A DNA stretch of 64,000 bases from NCBI GenBank assembly GCA_029936815.1, contig JAPYRX010000007.1, positions 3,129-67,128 on the forward strand. Reading direction: 5' to 3'. Shown piece after piece: positions 47,695 to 60,187 of this stretch (position 1 is the stretch's first letter; the number at the start of each line of letters is the position of its first letter). This stretch comes from Dehalococcoidia bacterium. Its GTDB lineage: Bacteria > Chloroflexota > Dehalococcoidia > Lucifugimonadales > GCA-002694895. The position numbers were made by a program, and so were the translations under genes. A model generated the notes under the pieces. That model worked only from the letters and a program-made list of their open reading frames with translations, did no database searches and was not told the DNA's origin.

Positions 47695-50600
47695 TCAGTT
47701 CTTTATAATGAATTTTTTTGTTTCTTTAATTTCCACGTCACAATATCCATTTAATATACTATAAATCTTGTCTTTAACTTCTAGAGAAACTTGTAGGTGT
47801 TCATAACCAATTATATTTTCATTATTCAATTGAATATAAACTGGTATCTCTCCTTTGTATTCCTCAAGAGTATTAATCAAATTCTTGTAATTAGCATCAT
47901 CATTTCCAATGCTTTTTATGTTTATAGATAAGCATTTGGTATTATCATTTGGTTTTACCACTCCATTTATTGGTTCATATTTTGTTGCATCATTAAAATA
48001 AATTGATAATTGATTATTTTTATTTCTTACAGATGCTTCTAAAACAACTAATTCATGATTATCCCAAATTGAAATATGATTGAAATTTTGATTAAAACAA
48101 ACTGTTTCTATTTCGCTATCTAAAAGGTCAATTCTAGATTTAAAATAAGTTTTAGGTTGATTTGTATTTTTATCTGTATAAGTCAATCTCTCAATAGAAA
48201 TCGGTTGCCCTAAAATTTTTAAATTTCTTCTTTGATCATAAGGTAATTTTTCAATCTGTTCACGAGAAGTAATATACTCATCAGTTGCATTATGAATTAA
48301 TCTCTCGTTTGCCAAATTAACACTTATTTTGAATCCAATTAATTCTTTTTCCCAAATCTGCTTATCTATTGGATTTGTAATAATATTTTTATCTAATTTA
48401 ATTTCAGCAGAAACTTTTTGATCTTCAGGTAAAAATGCAAACATAGAAACTTGGTTATGGCGTTTAGCATTATTTATACTTATGGAAACTGCTAACAAAT
48501 CTTCCAATTTATTTAATATAGCCGATCGATCTCCAAAATCATCGAAAGCTCCCACTTTAATCAAGGATTCAAATGTTTTTGTATTAGCAATTGACGAATC
48601 GATTTTCTCAAAAACTTCTTCTAGTGATTTGAATTTATCAACTGAATCTCGTACTGAAACTATACTTTTAGAAACATTGTTCCCTACATTTTTTATCGCA
48701 TTCAATCCAAAAATTATATGTTTGTTTCCATCCATCTCAGAAAAAGCAAATCTATCCATACTAGTATTTAAATTCGGTGGCTTAACTTCAATATCATTTG
48801 ATTTAGCTTCTTGAACAAATTTATTTATTGAATCCGAATCATTTATTCGTAAATTCATTGAGGTTATCAAAAATTCTTCTAAAAAGTGAGTTTTCAAATA
48901 AGCTGTAACATAAGAGATTACAGCATAACTCACACTATGAGCTTTATTAAATGCATATCCGGCAAATGGTACAATTAAGTTGAATACTTCAGAAGCTAAA
49001 TTTTCTTCGTAACCATTAGAAATACATCGAGAAATAAATTTATTTTTTTCAGCAATCATTATCTCTGGTATTTTTTTACCCATAGATTTTCTTACTATAT
49101 CTGCCTCTCCCAAAGAATAACCTGCCATTTCTCTAAATATGTACAATACTTGATCTTGATAAACAATAACTCCATAAGTTTCTTCTAAGTTTTTTTCGAG
49201 AACTTTATGTATATAAGTCGGTATTTTACCATGCTTCCCTTCAATGAATTTAGGAATTTGTTCCATAGGGCCTGGTCTGTACAAAGCAATCATCGCTGAA
49301 ACATCGTTAAGACTAGATGGTTTTAGTTGTTGAATATATTTAGTCATACCATCGCCTTCTAATTGAAAAACACCTAAGGTTTTTCCAGATGATAATAATT
49401 CAAAAGTTTTTTGATCTTCTAGATCAATAGAATCGATAGTTAGATCAATATTTTTAGTTTTTTTAATCAAATCAAAACATTCTGTAATCATTGTAAGATT
49501 GCTTAATCCAAGAAAATCCATTTTTAATAATCCCAATTTTGCAACAGGATCCATAGCATATTGAGTCATTAAAATATCTGATTTATTTGTTTTAGAAGAT
49601 ATTTGAAGAGGGATAAATTCATTTAACGGTAATTCTGAAATTACGACTGCTGCTGCATGCGTGCTACTGTGCCTAACTAACCCTTCAATAGATCTCGAAA
49701 TATCTAAAACATTTTTATATTTTGGTAAAAAAGATTTCATGCCTTTAGATTGGAGCGCTGTTTCCAAATTCATATTTGGCCCAAACGGCACAGCTTTAGC
49801 AATCGGATCTAATTCTGAATAATCAATTCCACTTACTCTGCCAACATCTCTTATTGATCCCCGGGCTCCATATGTTCCAAAAGTTATTATTTGTGCTACG
49901 TGCTCTATTCCATATTTTTCAACAATGTATTGTAAGACTTTTTCTCTTTTATTATCTTGAAAATCTAAATCAACGTCAGGCATTTCTTTTCTTTCTAAGT
50001 TTAAAAATCTTTCGAAAACCAAATTATATTCCAAAGGATCAATTAGTGTCACTCCAAGGCAATATAATACAAGGCTAGCAGCTGCGCTGCCTCTCACGTT
50101 AAATAATATATTATTATCACTCGCATATTTAGCAATATCCCATACAGCCAAAAAATAATCCGCATAATTTGTTTGTTTTATAACATCTAACTCGTAACGC
50201 ATTCTTTCTCTATATTTTACATCAGGATTAGGAAATAGTTTTAAAAACCCTTCAGCACATATTTTTTGCAAATAATCCCAAGGATCTGAGCCATCTTCAA
50301 TTTTAAACTCAGGAATCTTTGCGGTTTCTAAATCTAAAGAAATTTCGCACATATCGCTTATTAATTGTGAATTAGAAACTGCATCAGGTATATCTGAAAA
50401 TAATTCATACATTTCTTCAGATGATTTCACATAATAAGATGGATCTTCAAATTTCAATCTACTTGGATCATTGATTTGGCTATTGGTCTGAATACAAAGA
50501 CATACATCATGAGTGATATTATCTTCAGGGTTAGTATAATGAGAATCATTTGTAGCAACTAAAGGTATCCCTGTATCATTGGACATTTTAATTAAATTTT

Positions 50601-51156
50601 CATTAATAGAGTCTAAATTATCTACATTTTTATGTCGCATAATTTCCAAATAATAATCTGGAAAATTTTCAGAATACCAGGAAGCTATCTCTTTAGCTTT
50701 ATCGTATCCTTCATTTACTATTAATCTTGAAATTTCACCGCTTGGGCAACCAGAAAGTATTATCAAGCCTTCTTTATATTGCAGCAGCAAATCTTTATCT
50801 ATTCTTGGCCTATAGTAAATCCCTTTAGTATTTGCAATGGTTAACAATTTTACTAAATTTGAATATCCAATATCGTTTTTAGCAAGAATTGTCATATGGT
50901 GAGGACTGCGTTCACTCTGATCTTTTATTTTATAATCATTAATTGCCACATAAACTTCAGATCCTAGAATAGGCTTTATTCCCTGGGCAATACATTCAGT
51001 ATAAAGATCAATTGCTCCATACATATTTCCATGATCAGTGACGGCTATAGAATTCATGCCAAAATTTTTCGCAGTAGAAACCAAATCTTTGATTCTACTT
51101 ATTCCGTCAAAAATACTATATTCAGAATGTACATGTAAGTGTGTAAAATTACTCAT
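47695..51156 (-). CDS. dnaE: DNA polymerase III alpha subunit
   Basis: 1153 aa. N-terminal PHP domain (FTHLHVHSEYSIFDG), polymerase core and OB-fold region. Confidence 0.95.
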   Translation of the reverse strand: MSNFTHLHVHSEYSIFDGISRIKDLVSTAKNFGMNSIAVTDHGNMYGAIDLYTECIAQGIKPILGSEVYVAINDYKIKDQSERSPHHMTILAKNDIGYSNLVKLLTIANTKGIYYRPRIDKDLLLQYKEGLIILSGCPSGEISRLIVNEGYDKAKEIASWYSENFPDYYLEIMRHKNVDNLDSINENLIKMSNDTGIPLVATNDSHYTNPEDNITHDVCLCIQTNSQINDPSRLKFEDPSYYVKSSEEMYELFSDIPDAVSNSQLISDMCEISLDLETAKIPEFKIEDGSDPWDYLQKICAEGFLKLFPNPDVKYRERMRYELDVIKQTNYADYFLAVWDIAKYASDNNILFNVRGSAAASLVLYCLGVTLIDPLEYNLVFERFLNLERKEMPDVDLDFQDNKREKVLQYIVEKYGIEHVAQIITFGTYGARGSIRDVGRVSGIDYSELDPIAKAVPFGPNMNLETALQSKGMKSFLPKYKNVLDISRSIEGLVRHSSTHAAAVVISELPLNEFIPLQISSKTNKSDILMTQYAMDPVAKLGLLKMDFLGLSNLTMITECFDLIKKTKNIDLTIDSIDLEDQKTFELLSSGKTLGVFQLEGDGMTKYIQQLKPSSLNDVSAMIALYRPGPMEQIPKFIEGKHGKIPTYIHKVLEKNLEETYGVIVYQDQVLYIFREMAGYSLGEADIVRKSMGKKIPEIMIAEKNKFISRCISNGYEENLASEVFNLIVPFAGYAFNKAHSVSYAVISYVTAYLKTHFLEEFLITSMNLRINDSDSINKFVQEAKSNDIEVKPPNLNTSMDRFAFSEMDGNKHIIFGLNAIKNVGNNVSKSIVSVRDSVDKFKSLEEVFEKIDSSIANTKTFESLIKVGAFDDFGDRSAILNKLEDLLAVSISINNAKRHNQVSMFAFLPEDQKVSAEIKLDKNIITNPIDKQIWEKELIGFKISVNLANERLIHNATDEYITSREQIEKLPYDQRRNLKILGQPISIERLTYTDKNTNQPKTYFKSRIDLLDSEIETVCFNQNFNHISIWDNHELVVLEASVRNKNNQLSIYFNDATKYEPINGVVKPNDNTKCLSINIKSIGNDDANYKNLINTLEEYKGEIPVYIQLNNENIIGYEHLQVSLEVKDKIYSILNGYCDVEIKETKKFIIKN

Positions 51157-51230
51157 ATATAAGAACTTTATGATAATTATTAATAAAAATATTACACAAT
51201 ATTTAAATTAATTTATACAGAAAAACAATT

Positions 51231-51264
51231 AAAAAAAGAGGCTCTTTTAGGAGTCTCTTTTTTT
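51231..51264 (-). terminator. Rho-independent (bidirectional-looking) terminator after groEL
   Basis: 8-bp stem AGAGGCTC/GAGTCTCT (one G-U pair) with a 6-nt loop, flanked by an A7 run and a T7 run. Confidence 0.6.
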
Positions 51265-51285
51265 AATCCATTATTTTAAAAAAGA

Positions 51286-52923
<1,638 letters not shown>

Positions 52924-52936
52924 TTAAAAACAAATT

Positions 52937-53239
52937 TTATTTAACAAATAATATATCTTCATCTCGTACAATTAAATATTCAACAGTACCAACTTTATAT
53001 TCAGTACCAGCATATTTAGAATATACAACAACGTCGCCTACAGAAACTTCCATAGGAATTCTTTTACCATCATCGCCAACCTTGCCAGGTCCTACTGCAA
53101 CAATTTTTCCTTCTTGAGGTTTTTCTTTAGCTGTATCTGGAATGTAAATGCCGCCTGCTGACATTTGTTCGTTATCATCAATAGGCTCAATTACAACCCT
53201 GTTGCTTAAAGGTTTAAACTTAATCTCTTTACTAGCCAT
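52937..53239 (-). CDS. groES: Co-chaperonin GroES
   Basis: 100 aa. KPLSNRVVIEP and GGIYIPDTAKEKPQEG mobile loop. Immediately upstream of groEL. Confidence 0.95.
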   Translation of the reverse strand: MASKEIKFKPLSNRVVIEPIDDNEQMSAGGIYIPDTAKEKPQEGKIVAVGPGKVGDDGKRIPMEVSVGDVVVYSKYAGTEYKVGTVEYLIVRDEDILFVK

Positions 53240-53478
53240 TCATTACTCCTTTGTTACCAAAATCAAAAAATCTCTCTAAAATAAATATGAGAAAACAGTT
53301 CTAACAAAAAAACCGCTAGGATATTATAAACTAAAAATTAAGAATTATCAAATTAATAAACAAATAATAATTGTATTTAATATTTGTAATAATATAATCT
53401 TAATTTAATAAGTTTTAATATTTGAATGTTTATATAATAATTTCGGATAACTTACAAAACATATATCAAAATTTAAAA

Positions 53479-56085
53479 ATGGAAAAATCATATAGCCCAA
53501 CCAAAAATGAAAATGAAATCTATAAGTATTGGCTGTCTGAAAACCTGTTTTCTCCTTCTGTGAAAACAACCAATCTAGATCCGTTTACAATAATAATGCC
53601 TCCCCCAAATGTAACAGGCGAACTCCATATGGGACATGCACTAACAATTGCAATAGAAGATTTGATAATAAGATGGAAAAGGATGAAAGGGCATCCTACT
53701 CTATATTTGCCAGGTAGCGACCATGCTGGAATTGCAACCCAAGTAGTAGTTGAAAAGCAAATAATAAAGGAAGGTACAAATAGGCATGAACTAGGAAGGG
53801 AGAAATTCATTGAAAAAGTATGGGAATGGGTTAACGATTACGGTGACAGAATTTACGATCAAATGCAAAGAATGGGAGCCTCTTGTGATTGGTCAAGAAA
53901 GGCGTTCACATTAGATGAAACACCTCAATTAGCAGTAAAAACTACGTTCGTAAACCTCTATAAAAAAAATCTTATATACAGAGGAGAAAGAATAACTAAT
54001 TGGTGTAATAGATGCTCAACCGTCTTATCTGATTTAGAAGTGAAATACAAACTAGAAAAGTCAAAGCTTTATTATATAAAATATTATTTTAAAGATTCGA
54101 AAAAAAATTCTTACCTGACAATTGCAACAACAAGACCTGAAACATTATTAGGCGATACTGCTATTGCAGTAAATCCTAAAGACAAGAGATTTAAAGATTT
54201 TATTGGTAAAAAGATAATAATACCTATAATTAATAGAGAAGTAGATGTGATTGGTGACACATCAGTAGAAATGAACTTCGGGACAGGCGCTCTTAAAGTA
54301 ACACCTGCACATGATCATACTGATTTTGCAATTGGTCAAAAACACAATTTACAAGTTATTAAGGTTTTTACTCAAGAAGGGAAAGGCAATGAAAATGCGA
54401 ATAAATATGAAGGACTAATAATAGAAGAAATCAGAGATCATATTGTTAATGATCTTGAAGAAAAAGAATTCATGGAAAAAATTGAAGATTATGACAACAA
54501 TGTAAGTCATTGTGAAAGATGTGATAGTAAAGTTGAACCATATTTATCTATGCAATGGTTTGTGAAAATAAAACCCTTGGCTGAAAAAGCTATAAAAGCT
54601 GTAAAAGACGATAATATTAAAATCATTCCTGAAAGATTTAATAAAACATATTTTGAATGGATGGAAAATATTATTGATTGGTGTATCAGTAGGCAATTGT
54701 GGTGGGGACACAGAATTCCAGCATGGTTTTGTAATATATGTGAATACATTACGGTTAGTATAGATGTACCTGGCAATTGCAATGGATGCAAAAGTAAAGA
54801 TATATATCAAGATCCAGATGTTTTAGATACTTGGTTTAGTTCAGGACTATGGACTCACTCAGCTCTTGGATGGCCTAATAATACTGAAGATTTAAATAAA
54901 TTTTATCCCACAACAGTTATGGAAACAGGGTATGATATTTTATTTTTTTGGGTAGCAAGAATGATAATGCTTGGAATAGAAAATATGGGACAATCCCCAT
55001 TTTCTCATGTATATCTTCACGGTCTGATATTGGACCCACAAGGTTTGAAAATGAGTAAATCTAAAGGCAATGTAATGAATCCTGTCGAGTTAATCGATGA
55101 ATATGGAGCTGATGCATTGAGGTTTGCTATAACTACCGGGATTAGTCCGGGGAACAATCAAAAAATTGATGAAAGAAAAATTGAATCTGCTAGAAATTTC
55201 GCAAACAAAATATGGAATGCATCTAGATTTACTTTGTCAAAAATAAACAATGCTCACCCGCCTAATAAAAAGTTAAGTATCTACGACGAATGGATTATGG
55301 ACAAATTAAATAACACTATTAAAAATGTTAATGATAATTTAGAAGCCTTTAATTTCGGGGAGGCTCAAAAAGAATTATACGAATTCTTTTGGAATGAATT
55401 TTGCGATTGGTATATTGAGTTTTATAAAACTCATGAAAACAAACAAAATTCATACGCTAATTTAGTGTTTGTTCTTCAGACAAGTATTAAATTATTACAC
55501 CCATTTCTACCTTTTATGACAGAAAAAATATGGCAGATTATAAATAGTAATTTACCTGAAACATTAAATAAATTTAAAAATGAAAAATCGGTTATGAGCT
55601 CGTCCTATCCAACCAATTCTAAATCAACAAATAATACCGAAGAAATAGATTATTTAATCAAAATCATTAAATCTATAAGAAATATTAGATCAGAACTAAA
55701 AATTGCTCATAAGCATATGCTAAAGATCCATGTATCTGATAAATCTGTATACTCGGAATTATTAGAACATAGTGATGTTTTACTAAATTTATCTAAATCA
55801 GAAATTATCACTTCTAAACCTACAAACAATTTCCCAATTGCAGTTGAAAACACAATTTTAGATATCGAAATACCTGGAGAATTATCTATCCCTGATGAAA
55901 TTGATCGAATAAAATCAGAAATCATAGAAATACAACAGCGTATTCTACCACTTGAAAAAAGAATTAAATCTCCAAGTTTTTATAACAATGCTCCTAAAGA
56001 AATTGTTGTAAAAGAAAAAGAAAGGTTAACGGATCAGAAAAATAGAATTTTGCAATTAGAAGAAATATTAAAATCTATAAGTTGA
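53479..56085 (+). CDS. valS: Valine--tRNA ligase
   Basis: HIGH-type motif (ELHMGHAL), KMSKS, and a C-terminal coiled coil. Start placed at the ATG at 53479 (MEKSYSP). Confidence 0.95.
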   Translation: MEKSYSPTKNENEIYKYWLSENLFSPSVKTTNLDPFTIIMPPPNVTGELHMGHALTIAIEDLIIRWKRMKGHPTLYLPGSDHAGIATQVVVEKQIIKEGTNRHELGREKFIEKVWEWVNDYGDRIYDQMQRMGASCDWSRKAFTLDETPQLAVKTTFVNLYKKNLIYRGERITNWCNRCSTVLSDLEVKYKLEKSKLYYIKYYFKDSKKNSYLTIATTRPETLLGDTAIAVNPKDKRFKDFIGKKIIIPIINREVDVIGDTSVEMNFGTGALKVTPAHDHTDFAIGQKHNLQVIKVFTQEGKGNENANKYEGLIIEEIRDHIVNDLEEKEFMEKIEDYDNNVSHCERCDSKVEPYLSMQWFVKIKPLAEKAIKAVKDDNIKIIPERFNKTYFEWMENIIDWCISRQLWWGHRIPAWFCNICEYITVSIDVPGNCNGCKSKDIYQDPDVLDTWFSSGLWTHSALGWPNNTEDLNKFYPTTVMETGYDILFFWVARMIMLGIENMGQSPFSHVYLHGLILDPQGLKMSKSKGNVMNPVELIDEYGADALRFAITTGISPGNNQKIDERKIESARNFANKIWNASRFTLSKINNAHPPNKKLSIYDEWIMDKLNNTIKNVNDNLEAFNFGEAQKELYEFFWNEFCDWYIEFYKTHENKQNSYANLVFVLQTSIKLLHPFLPFMTEKIWQIINSNLPETLNKFKNEKSVMSSSYPTNSKSTNNTEEIDYLIKIIKSIRNIRSELKIAHKHMLKIHVSDKSVYSELLEHSDVLLNLSKSEIITSKPTNNFPIAVENTILDIEIPGELSIPDEIDRIKSEIIEIQQRILPLEKRIKSPSFYNNAPKEIVVKEKERLTDQKNRILQLEEILKSIS

Positions 56086-56770
56086 AAATATTAATATTTA
56101 AATATTTTAGAAATGACTTAGTAAACAACTGTCTGTCGCAGTTTGCTTTGGTCTCATTATGAATATTTGTTAAAGCTAAATCTTTAATCCCGCATGGAAT
56201 TATATAAGTAAAATAATCCAAATCACAATTTAGATTTATAGCCACTCCATGCATACTAACTGATTTAGAAATCCTTACACCAATTGAACTAATTTTTTTA
56301 CCATCAACCCATACTCCGACAGGTTTATTAATATGATCAGCTTGAACACCGAAATCACTTAAAGAATCAATAACAGATTTTTGTAAGATTCGTATATATT
56401 CAACAGGTTTAATTTTAAGTTTTTTGAGATTAATAATAGGGTAATAAATTAACTGACCAGGGCCATGATAAGTAATTTCTCCTCCCCTACTGGATTCGTA
56501 TACTTTTATCCCTTCCAAATCTAATTGAGCTTGAGAAATCAAAATATCTGACTTGTCACCAGATTTGCCTATAGTAAATAGATCAGGATACTCAAGCGAT
56601 AAAATCATACCAGGAATATCTGAATTCTTTACGTAGTTATGAATTTCTTCTTGAATGCTTAGACTTAATTCGTAATCAATGCCTCTTAAATCATATAAAT
56701 ACAAATTATCTTGAGATTGATTTTTAGTATCTTCGAGTATTTTATTAATTATATGTTTGCTATGTGTCAT
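56075..56770 (-). CDS. lipB: Octanoyltransferase (lipoyl(octanoyl) transferase)
   Basis: RGGEITYHGPGQLIYYPI motif and the KISSIGV lysine. 231 aa. Confidence 0.9.
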   Translation of the reverse strand: MTHSKHIINKILEDTKNQSQDNLYLYDLRGIDYELSLSIQEEIHNYVKNSDIPGMILSLEYPDLFTIGKSGDKSDILISQAQLDLEGIKVYESSRGGEITYHGPGQLIYYPIINLKKLKIKPVEYIRILQKSVIDSLSDFGVQADHINKPVGVWVDGKKISSIGVRISKSVSMHGVAINLNCDLDYFTYIIPCGIKDLALTNIHNETKANCDRQLFTKSFLKYLNINIFNL

Positions 56771-56841
56771 ATTCTAATTATTTACTATTTATATTTTTCA
56801 TAAAAGGCTTTAGAATAACTATTCCGTAATAAACCATCTAC

Positions 56842-56918
56842 GGGCCAGTAGCTCAGCCGGTTAGAGCGCAGTCCTGATAAGACTGAGGTCCCAAGTTCGA
56901 GTCTTGGCTGGCCCACCA
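56842..56918 (+). tRNA. tRNA-Ile (anticodon GAU) with encoded CCA
   Basis: Hand-folded: acceptor GGGCCAG/CTGGCCC, D arm GCTC-AGCCGGTTA-GAGC, anticodon loop CTGATAA, T arm CCAAG-TTCGAGT-CTTGG, then ACCA. Confidence 0.9.
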
Positions 56919-56922
56919 CTTA

Positions 56923-58158
56923 CTAAATATCAAAAATCACTTTGTATTTCTTAATTAACTCTATATTTTTATATTCGTCTGGCAATTCTTTAAATTGATT
57001 TTCAATATAAGATCTAGTCTGGGTCAAGGAATCGTTGTCTGATAAATATTCACCCTTATCATATATTTTTTTAAGCATTGGGGAATAGCCTTTTTTTTCT
57101 ACATCAATTTTAGTTACGAAATCATGATTCATATATTTACCCTCAATTTTACGATAGACCTGTTTTGAATAAGGATAATAAGTTTTATTCGGGCTAAATT
57201 TATTAACTGGATGTCCGTTAACTTCAACTAATTTAAATACACATTCTAAAACAGGAATATCTGATGACACTCCAAAATTAGACCCCACTCCAAAAACATC
57301 AATCGGGCAATTATATTCGTTAATTAATTTATCTATTTTATACTCATCCATTGATCCACTTACTATGATTTTTGCATTATTTAATCCAGCGTCATCCAAC
57401 ATTTCTCTTGCTTTAATGGACAATCTTTTAATATTTCCACTATCTAATCTGATTCCATTAATTTGTAAAGATTTCTTATGATATAAATCAATTACTTTTT
57501 TAATCCCTTTTTCTGTGTCATATGTATCTACCAAAAAAATGCTATTATTGTTAAATTCTTTGGAATAGTGTAAAAACGAATCAGATTCGTCGGGAAAACT
57601 TAAAACATAAGCGTGCCCCATTGTTCCAGAAAGCGGAATGCCATATAGCTTCCCTGCATCAACATTACTTGTAGCTTCAAAACCTGAAATATATGCGTTT
57701 TTGGAAGCTTTCATTGCAGCGTCATATCCATAAGTCCTACGTGCTGAAAAATCAACTACAGAACTCTTTCCTGCTATTTGAACAATTCTCGAAGATTTAG
57801 TAGCAAGTGAAGTGTTAGCATGGATCTCATTAATAATCAAAGTCTCAAGTAATTGTGATTCTAAAATATTTCCTGTAACTTCTAATACAGATTCGCCAGG
57901 GAAAAATAAAGACCCATTACGCATAGATCTGATAGAGCCATTAAATTTAAATGTTTTCAAATAAGACAAATATGCTTTGTCAAATAATTTCAATGAGTCA
58001 AGGTAAGTTAAATATTCGTCATCAAAACTAAAAGTTCTGATTTGTTCTAATACATCATTTATACCGGAAAACACAAAATAAGATCTCTTGTTGTTTGATC
58101 TGAAAAACAAACTAAAAGTTGCCTCCGGCAACCCTTCTTTCCAGTAAACTTGACCCAT
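56923..58158 (-). CDS. pncB: Nicotinate phosphoribosyltransferase
   Basis: 411 aa from the first ATG. NAPRT-family motifs (GTMGHAYV, RLDSG). The conserved N-terminal IDLYQLT is encoded in frame upstream of this ATG, so the true start may be at 58194 (ATT) or 58179 (ATA). Confidence 0.8.
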   Translation of the reverse strand: MGQVYWKEGLPEATFSLFFRSNNKRSYFVFSGINDVLEQIRTFSFDDEYLTYLDSLKLFDKAYLSYLKTFKFNGSIRSMRNGSLFFPGESVLEVTGNILESQLLETLIINEIHANTSLATKSSRIVQIAGKSSVVDFSARRTYGYDAAMKASKNAYISGFEATSNVDAGKLYGIPLSGTMGHAYVLSFPDESDSFLHYSKEFNNNSIFLVDTYDTEKGIKKVIDLYHKKSLQINGIRLDSGNIKRLSIKAREMLDDAGLNNAKIIVSGSMDEYKIDKLINEYNCPIDVFGVGSNFGVSSDIPVLECVFKLVEVNGHPVNKFSPNKTYYPYSKQVYRKIEGKYMNHDFVTKIDVEKKGYSPMLKKIYDKGEYLSDNDSLTQTRSYIENQFKELPDEYKNIELIKKYKVIFDI

Positions 58159-58287
58159 AGTTAATTGATATAAATCTATTAATTTATTATTAATTTTACA
58201 ATCTCAAAATCTGTTTGTTTTACTAAAATCTACCACAATGAGTATAAAATGACTATAAAATCATTAAGGTTTGTAAATTTTAAATTA

Positions 58288-59316
58288 TTATAGTATAGAA
58301 TCAAAATGATCCCATCCTTTTATCTTAGCTAATTCATCATTAACAAATAATTGTCCATTCCCCTTTTTGATTTTTCCTATCTCTGTAATATTTATTTTTA
58401 AATCTGAAGATATTTCAAATAATTTTAATTTTAAGTTTTCTGGAGCTGTAAATAATAATTCGTAATCTTCACCTCCAATCATTGCATACTCTTTGAATGA
58501 TTTAGGAAATTTAAATTTTAAATTTTCCGATACAGGTAATTTGTCATCATTTAAGAAAATATCCACATTGCTCGATTCAGCAAGTCGCTTACTATCAATA
58601 AGTAATCCGTCACTAACATCTATGCAAGTTTTCAAACCTAATTTTAAAAGTTCTATGCCTGTATTTATTCTTGGAGGTTTGTATAAATGATTAGCTATCA
58701 AACTTTTTTCTGAATCATGATACACTTTCTTATCCATGTTTAAGATTTCCAATCCAGCTTTAGAGTCTCCCAAATTTCCAGTTACAAATAACAAATCATC
58801 AATCTCCGCCTTTGATCTGTCCAAAAAATAATTATTATTATGATTAGAATTCAATTCTCTATATCCAAAACATGTAACTGAAATAAATATATTCTTTGAA
58901 AAAACCAAGTCTCCTCCCAATACAGAGCTGTTAAATGACTTAGCAATCTCTAAAACTCCTTTGTAAAAACCATCTATCCATTCTTCATCTTCATTCTCCC
59001 CTATTCCTAAAGATATTAGCATCCCTAAAGGAGTAGCTCCCATAGCAGCAATATCAGACAAATTTACTCCAATTGATTTCCTACCTATATCATATGAGCT
59101 GAAATAATCTGATTTGAAATGAACATTGTCAACAAGAGCGTCAGTAGTTGTGCAATACGCAAAATCATTGTCTTTCCAATACGCAGCATCATCACCGATT
59201 CCTTTTATAATTTTAAGATTGGGTGGAAAATTACTAGCACTTACCATACTAGATTGTCTAATAATTTTATTAATTATTTGTTGTTCGTTAAATCTTTTCA
59301 AACTTCTATGATCCAC
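58288..59316 (-). CDS. thiL: Thiamine-monophosphate kinase
   Basis: GIGDDAAYW, AIR-synthase-like N domain (LSDIAAMGATP), GGDL. Confidence 0.85.
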   Translation of the reverse strand: MDHRSLKRFNEQQIINKIIRQSSMVSASNFPPNLKIIKGIGDDAAYWKDNDFAYCTTTDALVDNVHFKSDYFSSYDIGRKSIGVNLSDIAAMGATPLGMLISLGIGENEDEEWIDGFYKGVLEIAKSFNSSVLGGDLVFSKNIFISVTCFGYRELNSNHNNNYFLDRSKAEIDDLLFVTGNLGDSKAGLEILNMDKKVYHDSEKSLIANHLYKPPRINTGIELLKLGLKTCIDVSDGLLIDSKRLAESSNVDIFLNDDKLPVSENLKFKFPKSFKEYAMIGGEDYELLFTAPENLKLKLFEISSDLKINITEIGKIKKGNGQLFVNDELAKIKGWDHFDSIL

Positions 59317-59323
59317 AAAGATT

Positions 59324-60106
59324 TTAATTAATGATTAAATCATTACCAACGTTTATTATGCCCTCTGAAATTAACGGTATTAATTTGATTGCAAACACAG
59401 GAGGTTTTTTATCTTGGATATCAAGCATAGATTTCAATATGTTTTTATCTCTAATGCCATTACTTGGGTTACAATTTATAGCCAAGCATCTATTGACTGG
59501 TTTCTCCACTTTGAAAACCAATCCATTAATTTCAATATTTTTACCAACCCAATTGAATTCTTCCCATGGATTAATTCCTTCGATAATTATATTAGATCTG
59601 AATCTAGTATTGTCTATTTCATAACCTAGTTGATTATTCAAATCATCTAAAGACTCCTGGCTATGTAGAGTCACGCCTCCATTTGGAGTGTCATGGAAAT
59701 GATGCGAATTTTCACCTCCAATGAAAATAAATGGAAACCTTTGAGGAAAGTTTTTTATCAAATCAGTATCAGAATTCATAACAAATTCTGTGAATCGTTC
59801 TTCAATTTCATTTCTTTGAGTATCAACATTGGCGTTGATAATTGTACTATCTTTATCTCTTATGATTAATTTTCTATTTTTTTCATCATATTCAACATTT
59901 AATCTCGCTATCTGGGGCATATGCATTAATGCTGCAAAATTTGTTTTTCTTTGCCATTCAAAATCATCTCTAGATCCAGCATCTTTAAATCTAAATCCAA
60001 ACAAGCGATCTCCTTCTATATAACCATTTTCATTTAAAGTTAATAATTCTGATTTCGAGGGGGTTAAGGACTTAATTGGGTACTTATATAATTTTGTAAT
60101 TCTCAT
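59324..60106 (-). CDS. MOSC domain-containing protein
   Basis: N-terminal beta-barrel (LYKYPIKS) plus a MOSC domain with the conserved Cys context (VNRCLAINCNP). Confidence 0.75.
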   Translation of the reverse strand: MRITKLYKYPIKSLTPSKSELLTLNENGYIEGDRLFGFRFKDAGSRDDFEWQRKTNFAALMHMPQIARLNVEYDEKNRKLIIRDKDSTIINANVDTQRNEIEERFTEFVMNSDTDLIKNFPQRFPFIFIGGENSHHFHDTPNGGVTLHSQESLDDLNNQLGYEIDNTRFRSNIIIEGINPWEEFNWVGKNIEINGLVFKVEKPVNRCLAINCNPSNGIRDKNILKSMLDIQDKKPPVFAIKLIPLISEGIINVGNDLIIN

Positions 60107-60187
60107 TTTTGTTAATAAATTAATTTTAATAATCAGTGTAAAATAATTTAGAATCTTTTATTTATAAACAATATTAACGGAATATAT

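Noticed and set aside
53240-53478. Looked for a CIRCE element (TTAGCACTC-N9-GAGTGCTAA) upstream of groES and a T-box or leader upstream of valS. Also considered the TTG-start extension of valS (53422).
   Set aside because: No CIRCE-like inverted repeat or T-box specifier/antiterminator structure is recognisable. The valS N-terminal extension (MNVYIIISDNLQNIYQNLK) has no homology-like features, so the start was moved to 53479.
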